From: Myxococcales bacterium
GTDB lineage: Bacteria > Myxococcota_A > Polyangia > Fen-1088
Length of the DNA: 34,071 nt
Direction of reading: 5' to 3'
Assembly (NCBI GenBank): GCA_034666225.1
Contig: JAXDMH010000443.1
Coordinates: 1 to 34,071, forward strand
The position numbers and the translations under genes were made by a program. This document shows positions 16,006 through 23,167 of this stretch, one piece after another (positions within the stretch are counted from its first letter, which is position 1; each line of letters begins with the position of its first letter). A model generated the notes under the pieces. The model saw only the letters and a list, made by a program, of their open reading frames with translations, searched no databases and was not told where the DNA came from.

Positions 16006-17054
16006 AGCGCCTGACGCCCGTGCTGGTCGCGCAGATCGTCGCCGTCGTCGTCGTCATTTTGGCCGGCGGCGTCCGTGCGGCGCGGGCGGCGGATCCCGAC
16101 GCCGGCGCCGGCTCTGCTGCCACGCCGGTCAATGTCGAGCGCCGCGAGATCATCGTGCCCATGCCGGGCGGCGAGATGGTCCGCATCGACAATTCGCTGG
16201 GGCGGGTGGCGGTGCGCGGCTGGAGCCACCCCGGGCAGATTCACATCGTCGCCGACAAGCGCGCCGTCAGCGCCGAGGCGCTGGCCCGGCTGCGCGTCCA
16301 CTACACCGCCTGGCAGAACGGCGAGATTCACATCGACACCCGGGTCGAACTGGCGGGCGGCGAACGGTCGCTGCCCCTGTCCGGCAGCGGCGTCGACCTG
16401 GTGGTCGAGGTTCCGCCCGAGGTGGCCGTCGAGGCAAAGACCTTCGGCGGCGATCTGTCGGCCTCCGGCCTACGTGCCGGCGCGCGCCTGGAGACAACCG
16501 GCGGCCGCATCGGCGTCTCCGACGTGCGCGGCGGCGTGGTCACCCGGCAGCTGCAAGGTGGCCAGACCGTCACCTCCGTCGACGGCGACGTCGATCTTGA
16601 CGGCGTGGAAGGCGACATGGACCTGCGCAGCTTGAGCGGCGGCCGACTGGACGCCCGCCTGGTCGACGGCCGCATCCGCGCCGAGGACATCCGCTCTGCG
16701 CTGGTCCGACTGACCGCCACCACTGGCGATATCGTCTTTGTCGGCTTGTTTCGTCCGGCCGCTCACTACGACCTGCGCAGCTATGCGGGTGATGTGCGCA
16801 TCGTCGCCGCGTCCCTGTCGGTTCCCTTCGAGCTGCGTTCGCGCTCTTCCGCACCGGTCGAGAGCTCCTTGCCCCTGCGCACGTTGTGGCGGCAGGGGGA
16901 ACGGGCACGGGCGGTCTTCGCCAGCCGGCGCAGTGGCACATCGGGCGGCGGCGCTTCCGGTAGCGCCGGGCCGAACGCCCTGGTCGAGGTCAGCTCGGTC
17001 CTGGGCCGCGTGGTGATCCAGCCGCGCACCGCCGACGGTCGCGAGTCGCCCTGA
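16002..17054 (+). CDS. DUF4097-like (putative beta-helical 'adhesin') exported protein, co-operonic with the sigma/anti-sigma pair
   Basis: GTG 16002 overlaps the anti-sigma stop (GTGA). The signal-like N-terminus is VKRLTPVLVAQIVAVVVVILAGGVRAARA. There are repetitive G-x-[IV]-x-[VL] turns, for example GGDLSASGLRAGARLETTGGRIGVSDVRGGVV...VDGDVDLDGVEGDMDLRSLSGGRLDARLVDGRI. Confidence 0.65.
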   Translation: MKRLTPVLVAQIVAVVVVILAGGVRAARAADPDAGAGSAATPVNVERREIIVPMPGGEMVRIDNSLGRVAVRGWSHPGQIHIVADKRAVSAEALARLRVHYTAWQNGEIHIDTRVELAGGERSLPLSGSGVDLVVEVPPEVAVEAKTFGGDLSASGLRAGARLETTGGRIGVSDVRGGVVTRQLQGGQTVTSVDGDVDLDGVEGDMDLRSLSGGRLDARLVDGRIRAEDIRSALVRLTATTGDIVFVGLFRPAAHYDLRSYAGDVRIVAASLSVPFELRSRSSAPVESSLPLRTLWRQGERARAVFASRRSGTSGGGASGSAGPNALVEVSSVLGRVVIQPRTADGRESP

Positions 17055-17124
17055 GCCCAGGGGCGCCGCGCCGGGCAATTCCCGGCCTATCCCCTGTGAA
17101 AGTGTTACTCTATGAAGCGATTCG

Positions 17125-17856
17125 ATGCGTTTTGGGATCTTCTCCGACACTCACGCCAATATCGAGGCGCTTTCAGCGGTCCTCAAGGCGCTGGAATCGG
17201 AACAGGTCGATCGGCTGATCTGCCTGGGTGACACCGTCGGGTACGGCGCCAGCCCCAACGAATGCTGCACGCTGATCCGCCAGAAGGCCGCCCACACCAT
17301 CCTGGGCAATCACGACGCGGCGGTGGCCGGCCGCATGGACTACTCGTACTACTATCACGCCGCCCGGCACGCGCTGGACATGCACGCGCGCGTGCTGGAG
17401 GCGCCCAACATGCAGTGGCTGAAGACCCTCCCCTACGAAGTGCGCGAGGGCGACGTTCACTTCTGCCACGGCTCGCCGCTGAACATCGAAGAGTTCGACT
17501 ACATCTTTGCGCGCGATCAGGCCGCGCAGTGCATGGCCATCTGGGACAAGCTGGCGCAGATCACCCTCATCGGCCATTCCCACCTGTGCAAGGCCTTTGC
17601 CTTGTCACCGGAGGGCGTCCACGAGGTGGTGTCCGAGACCTTCGAGCTGCGCCCGACGTGGAAATACATCGTCAGCGTCGGCTCGGTGGGCCAGCCGCGC
17701 GATTACGATCCGCGCGCCAGCTATACCGTCTACGACAGCGACACCAAGGTGTTCTCGTACAAGCGGGCCGACTACGACATCAAGGCCTCGGCCGACAAGA
17801 TCTTCAACTCGGACCTGGAACCGAACTTCGGTCACCGACTGTTCATCGGCGTGTAG
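17125..17856 (+). CDS. Metallophosphoesterase (calcineurin-like, YfcE/MJ0936-type)
   Basis: 243-aa ORF. Motifs appear in the canonical order: FSDTHAN, LGDTVGYG, GNHD, GHSH. Confidence 0.85.
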   Translation: MRFGIFSDTHANIEALSAVLKALESEQVDRLICLGDTVGYGASPNECCTLIRQKAAHTILGNHDAAVAGRMDYSYYYHAARHALDMHARVLEAPNMQWLKTLPYEVREGDVHFCHGSPLNIEEFDYIFARDQAAQCMAIWDKLAQITLIGHSHLCKAFALSPEGVHEVVSETFELRPTWKYIVSVGSVGQPRDYDPRASYTVYDSDTKVFSYKRADYDIKASADKIFNSDLEPNFGHRLFIGV

Positions 17857-17881
17857 TTTGCGACGGCGGCAGCCTTTGCGG

Positions 17882-19522
17882 ATGACCCTTGGCGTGGGTC
17901 TGGCCGGCACCTGCATCTGCTCCGGCCTCTTCATGGTGATGGCCGCTATCCCGTCGCGCGCGGCCGGCCCGCCCGGTGAGGCGCGCGCCGCGCGCCGCAT
18001 GAGCACCACCTGCGTGCAGGACGATCCGGTGCCGACGCCGAAGAACTACGCCGGCTGGGATCGCTCGTCGGTGGTGGCCTGGGAGGCCATCCAGCAATAC
18101 GGTGGCGTGGTCCCCGACATCGAGGAGGACCGCACGCACGCGCCGCCCGCCTGGTGGCGTTATCCCAGCGCCCTGCGCTCGGCCGAGCTGCTGTCGCTGG
18201 AGGCAGCCGACGGCAAGGGGCTCTACAGCGCGGTGGCGCGCGGCGATCTCAAGCAGGGGGACATCCTGGTGCGCGCCGCCGGCGCGGGGGCGTGCGGGAA
18301 GATGGCCATGGTGGTCGGGCAGATCAGCGGGCGCTGGATGACCATGGAGGCCGACGGCGACAGCAGCGCCACCCGGTCAGCCAATCCCCTCTTCTTCGAC
18401 GGTGACAGCTTGCGCGCCGAGGTGGGCGCCTATCGGGTCAGGGTCAAGAAGGACGAAACCCTCGGTCACGTCCGCGAGCTGGGCCGCGACCTTGAACACC
18501 TGGAACGCACCATCGCCGAACGGCCGCCTCTGCTGGCCAAGAACGGGCGCGCCGTCGTCGACGAGAAGGTGCACGATCTGCTGGACGAGGCCTGGTCGCT
18601 GACCGCGGATGCCTCGTTCGATCTCGATCGCCGGGCGCTGGCCGGGCGGGCCCTGGCCCTGGGAGCCGCGCTGGACTGGCCGGGCGCTGCCGCGGCCGCG
18701 GCCGCCGTGCTGGACGACGTTTTGCGCCGGGCCCCGCTGCGCGCCGACGCGGTGATCGCGCGCGCCATGGTTCATCTGCTGTCGCGCGACCCGGACAAGG
18801 CGGCCCTGCTGGGCGACGCGGCGCTGGTCATCCCGGGGGTGCCGGCGCGCGCCCACTATGTCCTTGGCCGGGCGCTGCTGGCGGGCGGACGCATCGAACC
18901 AGGGCTGTCCGCGCTGCGAAAATTTCTGGAACGCGACCCCGGCGATCCACGCGCCCAGCGCCTTTTGTCGACGGGCGGCGCGGAACCCAAGCTGGCCCCG
19001 GCGCCGCCCGTTGATCCATCGCTGACCTTCACGGCCTCGCCCGAGCGCGCCGGCCTGGAGAGCGGGCCGTTCGATTTTCGCGTCGAGTGGCCACTGTCCT
19101 GGCGGGTGGTCGAATCGTCGTCCGATCCCGATACCGGCGCGGTCATCACCTTCAACACCGGGCGCGTGTTGCTGGAGGATGGAGACGACGCGCGCGGCAC
19201 GGCCGTCCTGCTGGCCCAGCGGCCCGATTCACCGGCGGCGCGCGCCGCCCTCGTGAAAAAAGCGGGGCGAAATATTTTCCCCGAGGCCAGGCTGAAACCG
19301 CTGCCGGCCTTGCTGCCGGGCAGCCGGCGCGAACAGTTCCGCGAAAAAGCCCCCACCGGCGGCCAGCGCCAGGGCGAGGTGACCACCATCGAACGCGGCC
19401 CCATCGTTTACTTCCTGGTCTTGAACGCCCCCGCCGAGGCCTATCCCAAATTGAAGGACGACTACGCCGCGCTGGTGAAGAGCCTCAAGGCCAGCACCGC
19501 GACCAAACCGTCGGCAAACTAG
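17882..19522 (+). CDS. Hypothetical exported protein with a helical TPR-like central region
   Basis: The track ORF starts at 17507 but overlaps the previous gene. ATG 17882 gives MTLGVGLAGTCICSGLFMVMAAIPSRAAG, which is signal-like. I recognise no catalytic motif. Confidence 0.55.
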   Translation: MTLGVGLAGTCICSGLFMVMAAIPSRAAGPPGEARAARRMSTTCVQDDPVPTPKNYAGWDRSSVVAWEAIQQYGGVVPDIEEDRTHAPPAWWRYPSALRSAELLSLEAADGKGLYSAVARGDLKQGDILVRAAGAGACGKMAMVVGQISGRWMTMEADGDSSATRSANPLFFDGDSLRAEVGAYRVRVKKDETLGHVRELGRDLEHLERTIAERPPLLAKNGRAVVDEKVHDLLDEAWSLTADASFDLDRRALAGRALALGAALDWPGAAAAAAAVLDDVLRRAPLRADAVIARAMVHLLSRDPDKAALLGDAALVIPGVPARAHYVLGRALLAGGRIEPGLSALRKFLERDPGDPRAQRLLSTGGAEPKLAPAPPVDPSLTFTASPERAGLESGPFDFRVEWPLSWRVVESSSDPDTGAVITFNTGRVLLEDGDDARGTAVLLAQRPDSPAARAALVKKAGRNIFPEARLKPLPALLPGSRREQFREKAPTGGQRQGEVTTIERGPIVYFLVLNAPAEAYPKLKDDYAALVKSLKASTATKPSAN

Positions 19523-19899
19523 CGCTCATCAGAAGGCCCGTCCGGAAAACGATCGGACCGCAGCGCGATGCCGCGTCGGGGTGGCCGACGTCATGTTACG
19601 GCGCCGCTCGCGGCCTCGCGCGAGGACCGAAAGGCGCGGCCCACCAGCGTCAATTCCCTGGGACGATCGACCCGCGACTATCGCAGGTCGCAACACTTTG
19701 GGGCATCTCCGTTTGCGACGTTCTCCCCGCGTGGCGCGGTTCCGCGCTTACTCTCCGATTGCACGATGCCGCCGCGCAATTCGGTCCTCACCCGAGGCCC
19801 TTCCACGTTGCGGTCACTCCGAGCACCGACTGGGCCTCGGGCTGCGGTCCGACCCTTCTCGGAGGGATCGGACGCCTCAAAAATCCGTGCGACGATGCG

Positions 19900-21318
19900 C
19901 TACAACGAGCCCGAACCCGTCGCTCTGGTCAGGGCGGCGGCGGCGATGTTCTGGTCGAAGACAGACTGCAGGTAACGGGCCCGCATCCCGAAGAAGGCCA
20001 CCAGGGCGTCTGACAGGTCGCGCGCCTCGGCCAGGCCGACGGTGAAGTTCTGGGCCACCGCGGAGATCCAGGCCTTGCCGGCCCGCTCGCCCTTGTGCAC
20101 CGCCTCGGTGCGCGCCGTCGCCTCGCGCAGCTCGCCGTAGGCCTTGCGCACGTCCAGGACGATGCCGCCCAGCGCCTCGGTGCGCCGGTATTCGATCTCG
20201 CTGGCCTCGGCGCGCGTGCGCTTGGCGCGCGCCAGCTTGGGGCCAAGGTCCAGCTGCAAACGCAAGGCTGCCGCCAGGCCTGCCGAGGCAGAGTTAAAGT
20301 AATGGCTGTAGAAAGCGTTCTGGGGATCCTCGACGCCGCTGGCGTGGGCATAGGTGGCCGTTCCGATCAGCACCAGGTCCGGGTATTCACGGCGCCGCTC
20401 CAGATCGGCCAGCGCCCACTTGGCCTTGACGGCATGGTCCAGCAGGCGGGCCTCCGGCCGGCTGAAGCGCGCCAGGTCTTCATAGTAGGTCACCGGGCGG
20501 TCGGGCACCGCGATGGGTTCGAAGTCCTCGTCGTCGACGTCCAGGTCGGCGGGTGCGTCGGGGCCCAGCAACGTGCGCAGGCTGTCGCGAGCCAGCTCGC
20601 CCAGGCGCCGCGTCTCCAGGAGACGGGCGTCCAGCTCGGCCCGCACGGTGCGCAGCCGCAAACGATCGGTCACCGTCGCGGTCCCCTTGCCGCTGGACAG
20701 ATCCTTTTCGATCTTCTTGATCCCGTCGTCGATGTACCCGGACCCTTCTTCCAGCGTGGACAGAAGCTCGCGCGCCAGCTTCATGCCGTAATAGGCCCGG
20801 CGCACGTTCTGCTCCAGATCGGCGCGGGCGCCGGCCATCCGCTCGCGCGAAACGCCCACGCCCGCCTCGGCGGCGCTGACGCCGGCCGAGATCTTGCCGA
20901 AGTCGTAAAGCGGCTGGATCACCTTCACCTCGGTGCGGGTGAACGGTTTGTCCCAGGCCACGTGGTTGATGCTGGCTTCGCGAGGGCCGGTGGAAAGACA
21001 TCTGAGATGCGAATCAGCGTTGCTCTGTCCCTCGGGGTCTATGCAGGTGATCGTCGGCGACGGTGCCAGCAACGACAGGAGGTCACCCGACGGCAACCAG
21101 TTGCGCCACGCCTCGGAGACCGTCGCTTCCATGGCGTTGGTCGCTGCGGCGTTGGCGGCCAGACCCGGGTTGGACACCCGGGCGAGGTCGATCATCTGTT
21201 GCAGCGTCATCTTCTTTGCCTGCGCCGAGCCGGCGCTGGCGGCCGCCAGACACAGGATCGCCAGCACCTCCGTTACTCGTCGGTGAGGGCGTCCCCGGAA
21301 CAGCCACGTCGTGCCCAT
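19900..21318 (-). CDS. TolC-like outer membrane efflux protein (OEP family)
   Basis: The internal ATG at 21318 of the 773-aa track ORF gives MGTTWLFRGRPHRRVTEVLAILCLAAASAGSAQAKKMTLQQMIDLARVSNPGLAANAAA... The two-repeat coiled-coil/beta architecture is typical of OEP proteins. The upstream 301 codons of the track ORF are antisense to the thioesterase gene. Confidence 0.8.
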   Translation of the reverse strand: MGTTWLFRGRPHRRVTEVLAILCLAAASAGSAQAKKMTLQQMIDLARVSNPGLAANAAATNAMEATVSEAWRNWLPSGDLLSLLAPSPTITCIDPEGQSNADSHLRCLSTGPREASINHVAWDKPFTRTEVKVIQPLYDFGKISAGVSAAEAGVGVSRERMAGARADLEQNVRRAYYGMKLARELLSTLEEGSGYIDDGIKKIEKDLSSGKGTATVTDRLRLRTVRAELDARLLETRRLGELARDSLRTLLGPDAPADLDVDDEDFEPIAVPDRPVTYYEDLARFSRPEARLLDHAVKAKWALADLERRREYPDLVLIGTATYAHASGVEDPQNAFYSHYFNSASAGLAAALRLQLDLGPKLARAKRTRAEASEIEYRRTEALGGIVLDVRKAYGELREATARTEAVHKGERAGKAWISAVAQNFTVGLAEARDLSDALVAFFGMRARYLQSVFDQNIAAAALTRATGSGSL

Positions 21319-21420
21319 GGGGCGACCAATATACACAGCCTCGACGCAGCCGACACCGCTTTGGTGGCGGGCCCGGGCACATTTGACGGTCGCGGGGCTG
21401 CGTGTTACCGGCATGCCCCG

Positions 21421-21939
21421 ATGGCTCGTCCGATTCCTCGTCGTCCTCGTGGTGCGCCACTTCACACGCCGGCGGCGTCGCGGGTCGAGACGGCCCAGGT
21501 GGTCCTGCCCGGCCTGACCAACGTCCATGGCACGATCTTCGGCGGCATCCTGATGCAGTGGATCGACATGACCGCCGGCATCGCGGCGGCGCGCCATTCG
21601 GGCGGGGCGGTGGTCACGGCGTCGATGGATCGGCTGCATTTCCTGCACCCGGTCCACCTGGGCGAGGTGGTGATCCTGCAGGCGCAGGTGAATTTCGCCG
21701 CTCACACCTCCATGGAGGTCGGTGTGCGCGTGCTGGCTGAAAGCCCCGTCACCTTCCAGCGCCGCCAGACCACGCGCGCCTATCTGACCTTCGTCGCCGT
21801 CGACGATGCCGGGTATCCTCGTCCGGTGCCGCCCTTGCTCCCGCAGACCGCCGAGGAAAAGCGGCGCTTCAAGGACGCCCAGCGCCGCCGCGCCGTGCGT
21901 CTGCGCGAACGCCGCGCTATGAAAAACAGCGATGAGTGA
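21421..21939 (+). CDS. Acyl-CoA thioesterase (hotdog fold, YciA/BFIT-like)
   Basis: These are the last 172 aa of the 614-aa track ORF: MARPIPRR...LTNVHGTIFGGILMQWIDMTAGIAAARHSGGAVVTASMDRLHFLHPVHLGEVVILQAQV. The remainder of that ORF is antisense to the TolC-like gene. Confidence 0.8.
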   Translation: MARPIPRRPRGAPLHTPAASRVETAQVVLPGLTNVHGTIFGGILMQWIDMTAGIAAARHSGGAVVTASMDRLHFLHPVHLGEVVILQAQVNFAAHTSMEVGVRVLAESPVTFQRRQTTRAYLTFVAVDDAGYPRPVPPLLPQTAEEKRRFKDAQRRRAVRLRERRAMKNSDE

Positions 21940-22951
21940 CCGAACCGACGTCGAGGCCCTCGACGCACTGACCTCCGACGCCGCCACTGTCGACCTGGGC
22001 CCCGACCAACCCATGGGGCAAGACCTGGTCGTGGCCACCGGCGCCGATCGCATTCGGTTTCTGCACGGCCTGGTCACGGGCAACGTCGCAGGCACCCCCG
22101 TGGGCGGTGGTGCCCGGTCGGTGTTGCTGACCACGAAAGGGCACGTGGTCGGCGACCTGCACATCTTTGTTCGCCCCGACGACGTCTGGATGGTGGTTCC
22201 GGCCGGGCAGGGCGACAGCATCGCCGAAGCCCTGTCGCGCTATGCGATCATGGACGACTTCGCCGCCGCCCCGCGCCCGGACTTTCGGTTTCTGGCCGTG
22301 CTGGGTCCGGGCGCCGCCCCTCGCCTGGGTGCCGCCGGCGTTGGCTCCGGCGACGTTTTGGGCGACCTGGGCGGCCGCCCCTTGCTCTCTCACGTCAGCA
22401 TCGACGCGGGCGCGCTCTGGCTGGTGCGTGCGCGGGCGCTGGGCGTCGATGGGTTCTGGGTCGGTGGCGCAGCCGACGCTGTCGCCGCCGTCGGGGCGCG
22501 TCTGGGGCAAGCCGGCGTGGCGCGTCTGCCGGCGCCGCTGGCCGAGGCGGCCCGCATCGCCGCCGGCGAGCCGCGCTGGGGCGCCGAGATCACCCCCGAT
22601 TATTTCCCGATGGAGGTGGGGCTGTCCGCGGCCATCGACTATGGCAAGGGCTGCTATCTGGGCCAGGAGCCGATCGTCCGCATTCGCGACCGCGGCCACA
22701 TCAACTGGCGATTGGTCGGCCTCGACCTGGATGACGCGGCGGGGGCAGGCGGTGATCCCGCGCCCGGCGACGCCCTGGAGGCGGACGCCAAACCGCGCGC
22801 AGGCCGAATCACCAGCGCCGCCCGGTTGCCCGACGGCCGCGGCGTGGCCCTGGCGCTTTTGCATGTCAGCGTCCCGGCGGGCAGCAAAATCCGCATCAAA
22901 CACGGCGACGGCCTGCTGACCGCCAGCGTCCGCGGCGACGCCGGTCCTTGA
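21932..22951 (+). CDS. ygfZ: YgfZ/CAF17-family folate-binding protein (GcvT-like fold)
   Basis: 339-aa ORF. The signature motif is KGCYLGQEPIVRIRDRGHINWRLVGL. The start overlaps the thioesterase stop by 8 nt (ATGAGTGA). Confidence 0.8.
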   Translation: MSDRTDVEALDALTSDAATVDLGPDQPMGQDLVVATGADRIRFLHGLVTGNVAGTPVGGGARSVLLTTKGHVVGDLHIFVRPDDVWMVVPAGQGDSIAEALSRYAIMDDFAAAPRPDFRFLAVLGPGAAPRLGAAGVGSGDVLGDLGGRPLLSHVSIDAGALWLVRARALGVDGFWVGGAADAVAAVGARLGQAGVARLPAPLAEAARIAAGEPRWGAEITPDYFPMEVGLSAAIDYGKGCYLGQEPIVRIRDRGHINWRLVGLDLDDAAGAGGDPAPGDALEADAKPRAGRITSAARLPDGRGVALALLHVSVPAGSKIRIKHGDGLLTASVRGDAGP

Positions 22952-22985
22952 CAGGCCGTGCGCGAACCTGTATCTCGCGGGCAGC

Positions 22986-23141
22986 ATGGGAAGACGAGAT
23001 AACCGCCGTTCGATGAAAATGCGCCGCAAGACCCGCCAGCGAAAGCTGAAGGCCCGTATCGCGCGCAAGCGGACCGAGAAGCGCGTCGCCAAGCCAGCCC
23101 CCGCCGGCAAGTCTCGTAAGAAAGCGCCCGCCAAAGAGTAG
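22986..23141 (+). CDS. Small (51 aa) extremely basic protein; not in the supplied ORF track
   Basis: My own translation is MGRRDNRRSMKMRRKTRQRKLKARIARKRTEKRVAKPAPAGKSRKKAPAKE*. Third codon positions are mostly G/C, as in neighbouring genes. It fills the ygfZ-mutS gap on the same strand. No clear Shine-Dalgarno sequence. Confidence 0.5.
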   Translation: MGRRDNRRSMKMRRKTRQRKLKARIARKRTEKRVAKPAPAGKSRKKAPAKE

Positions 23142-23167
23142 GGGACGGGCCCCCGCCCGCCGCGCAG

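Noticed and set aside
17507-17881. N-terminal extension of the 671-aa ORF, which overlaps the metallophosphoesterase gene
   Set aside because: The extension is Arg/Ser/Thr/Pro-rich and out of frame with a well-supported gene. An internal ATG at 17882 gives a plausible signal peptide 25 nt after the upstream stop.
19568-20045. Two overlapping plus-strand ORFs (135 and 154 aa) in the gap upstream of the TolC-like gene's 3' end
   Set aside because: They are Arg/Ser/Pro-rich and have weaker third-position G/C bias than neighbouring genes. They run antisense into the TolC-like coding region and show no motifs.
20095-21420. Upstream 442 codons of the 614-aa plus-strand ORF, and likewise the upstream 301 codons of the 773-aa minus-strand ORF (21319-22221)
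   Set aside because: Only the last 172 aa of the plus-strand ORF show the hotdog-fold thioesterase sequence, and only the last 472 aa of the minus-strand ORF show the TolC-like sequence. The extensions are antisense to each other's real genes and are low-complexity.
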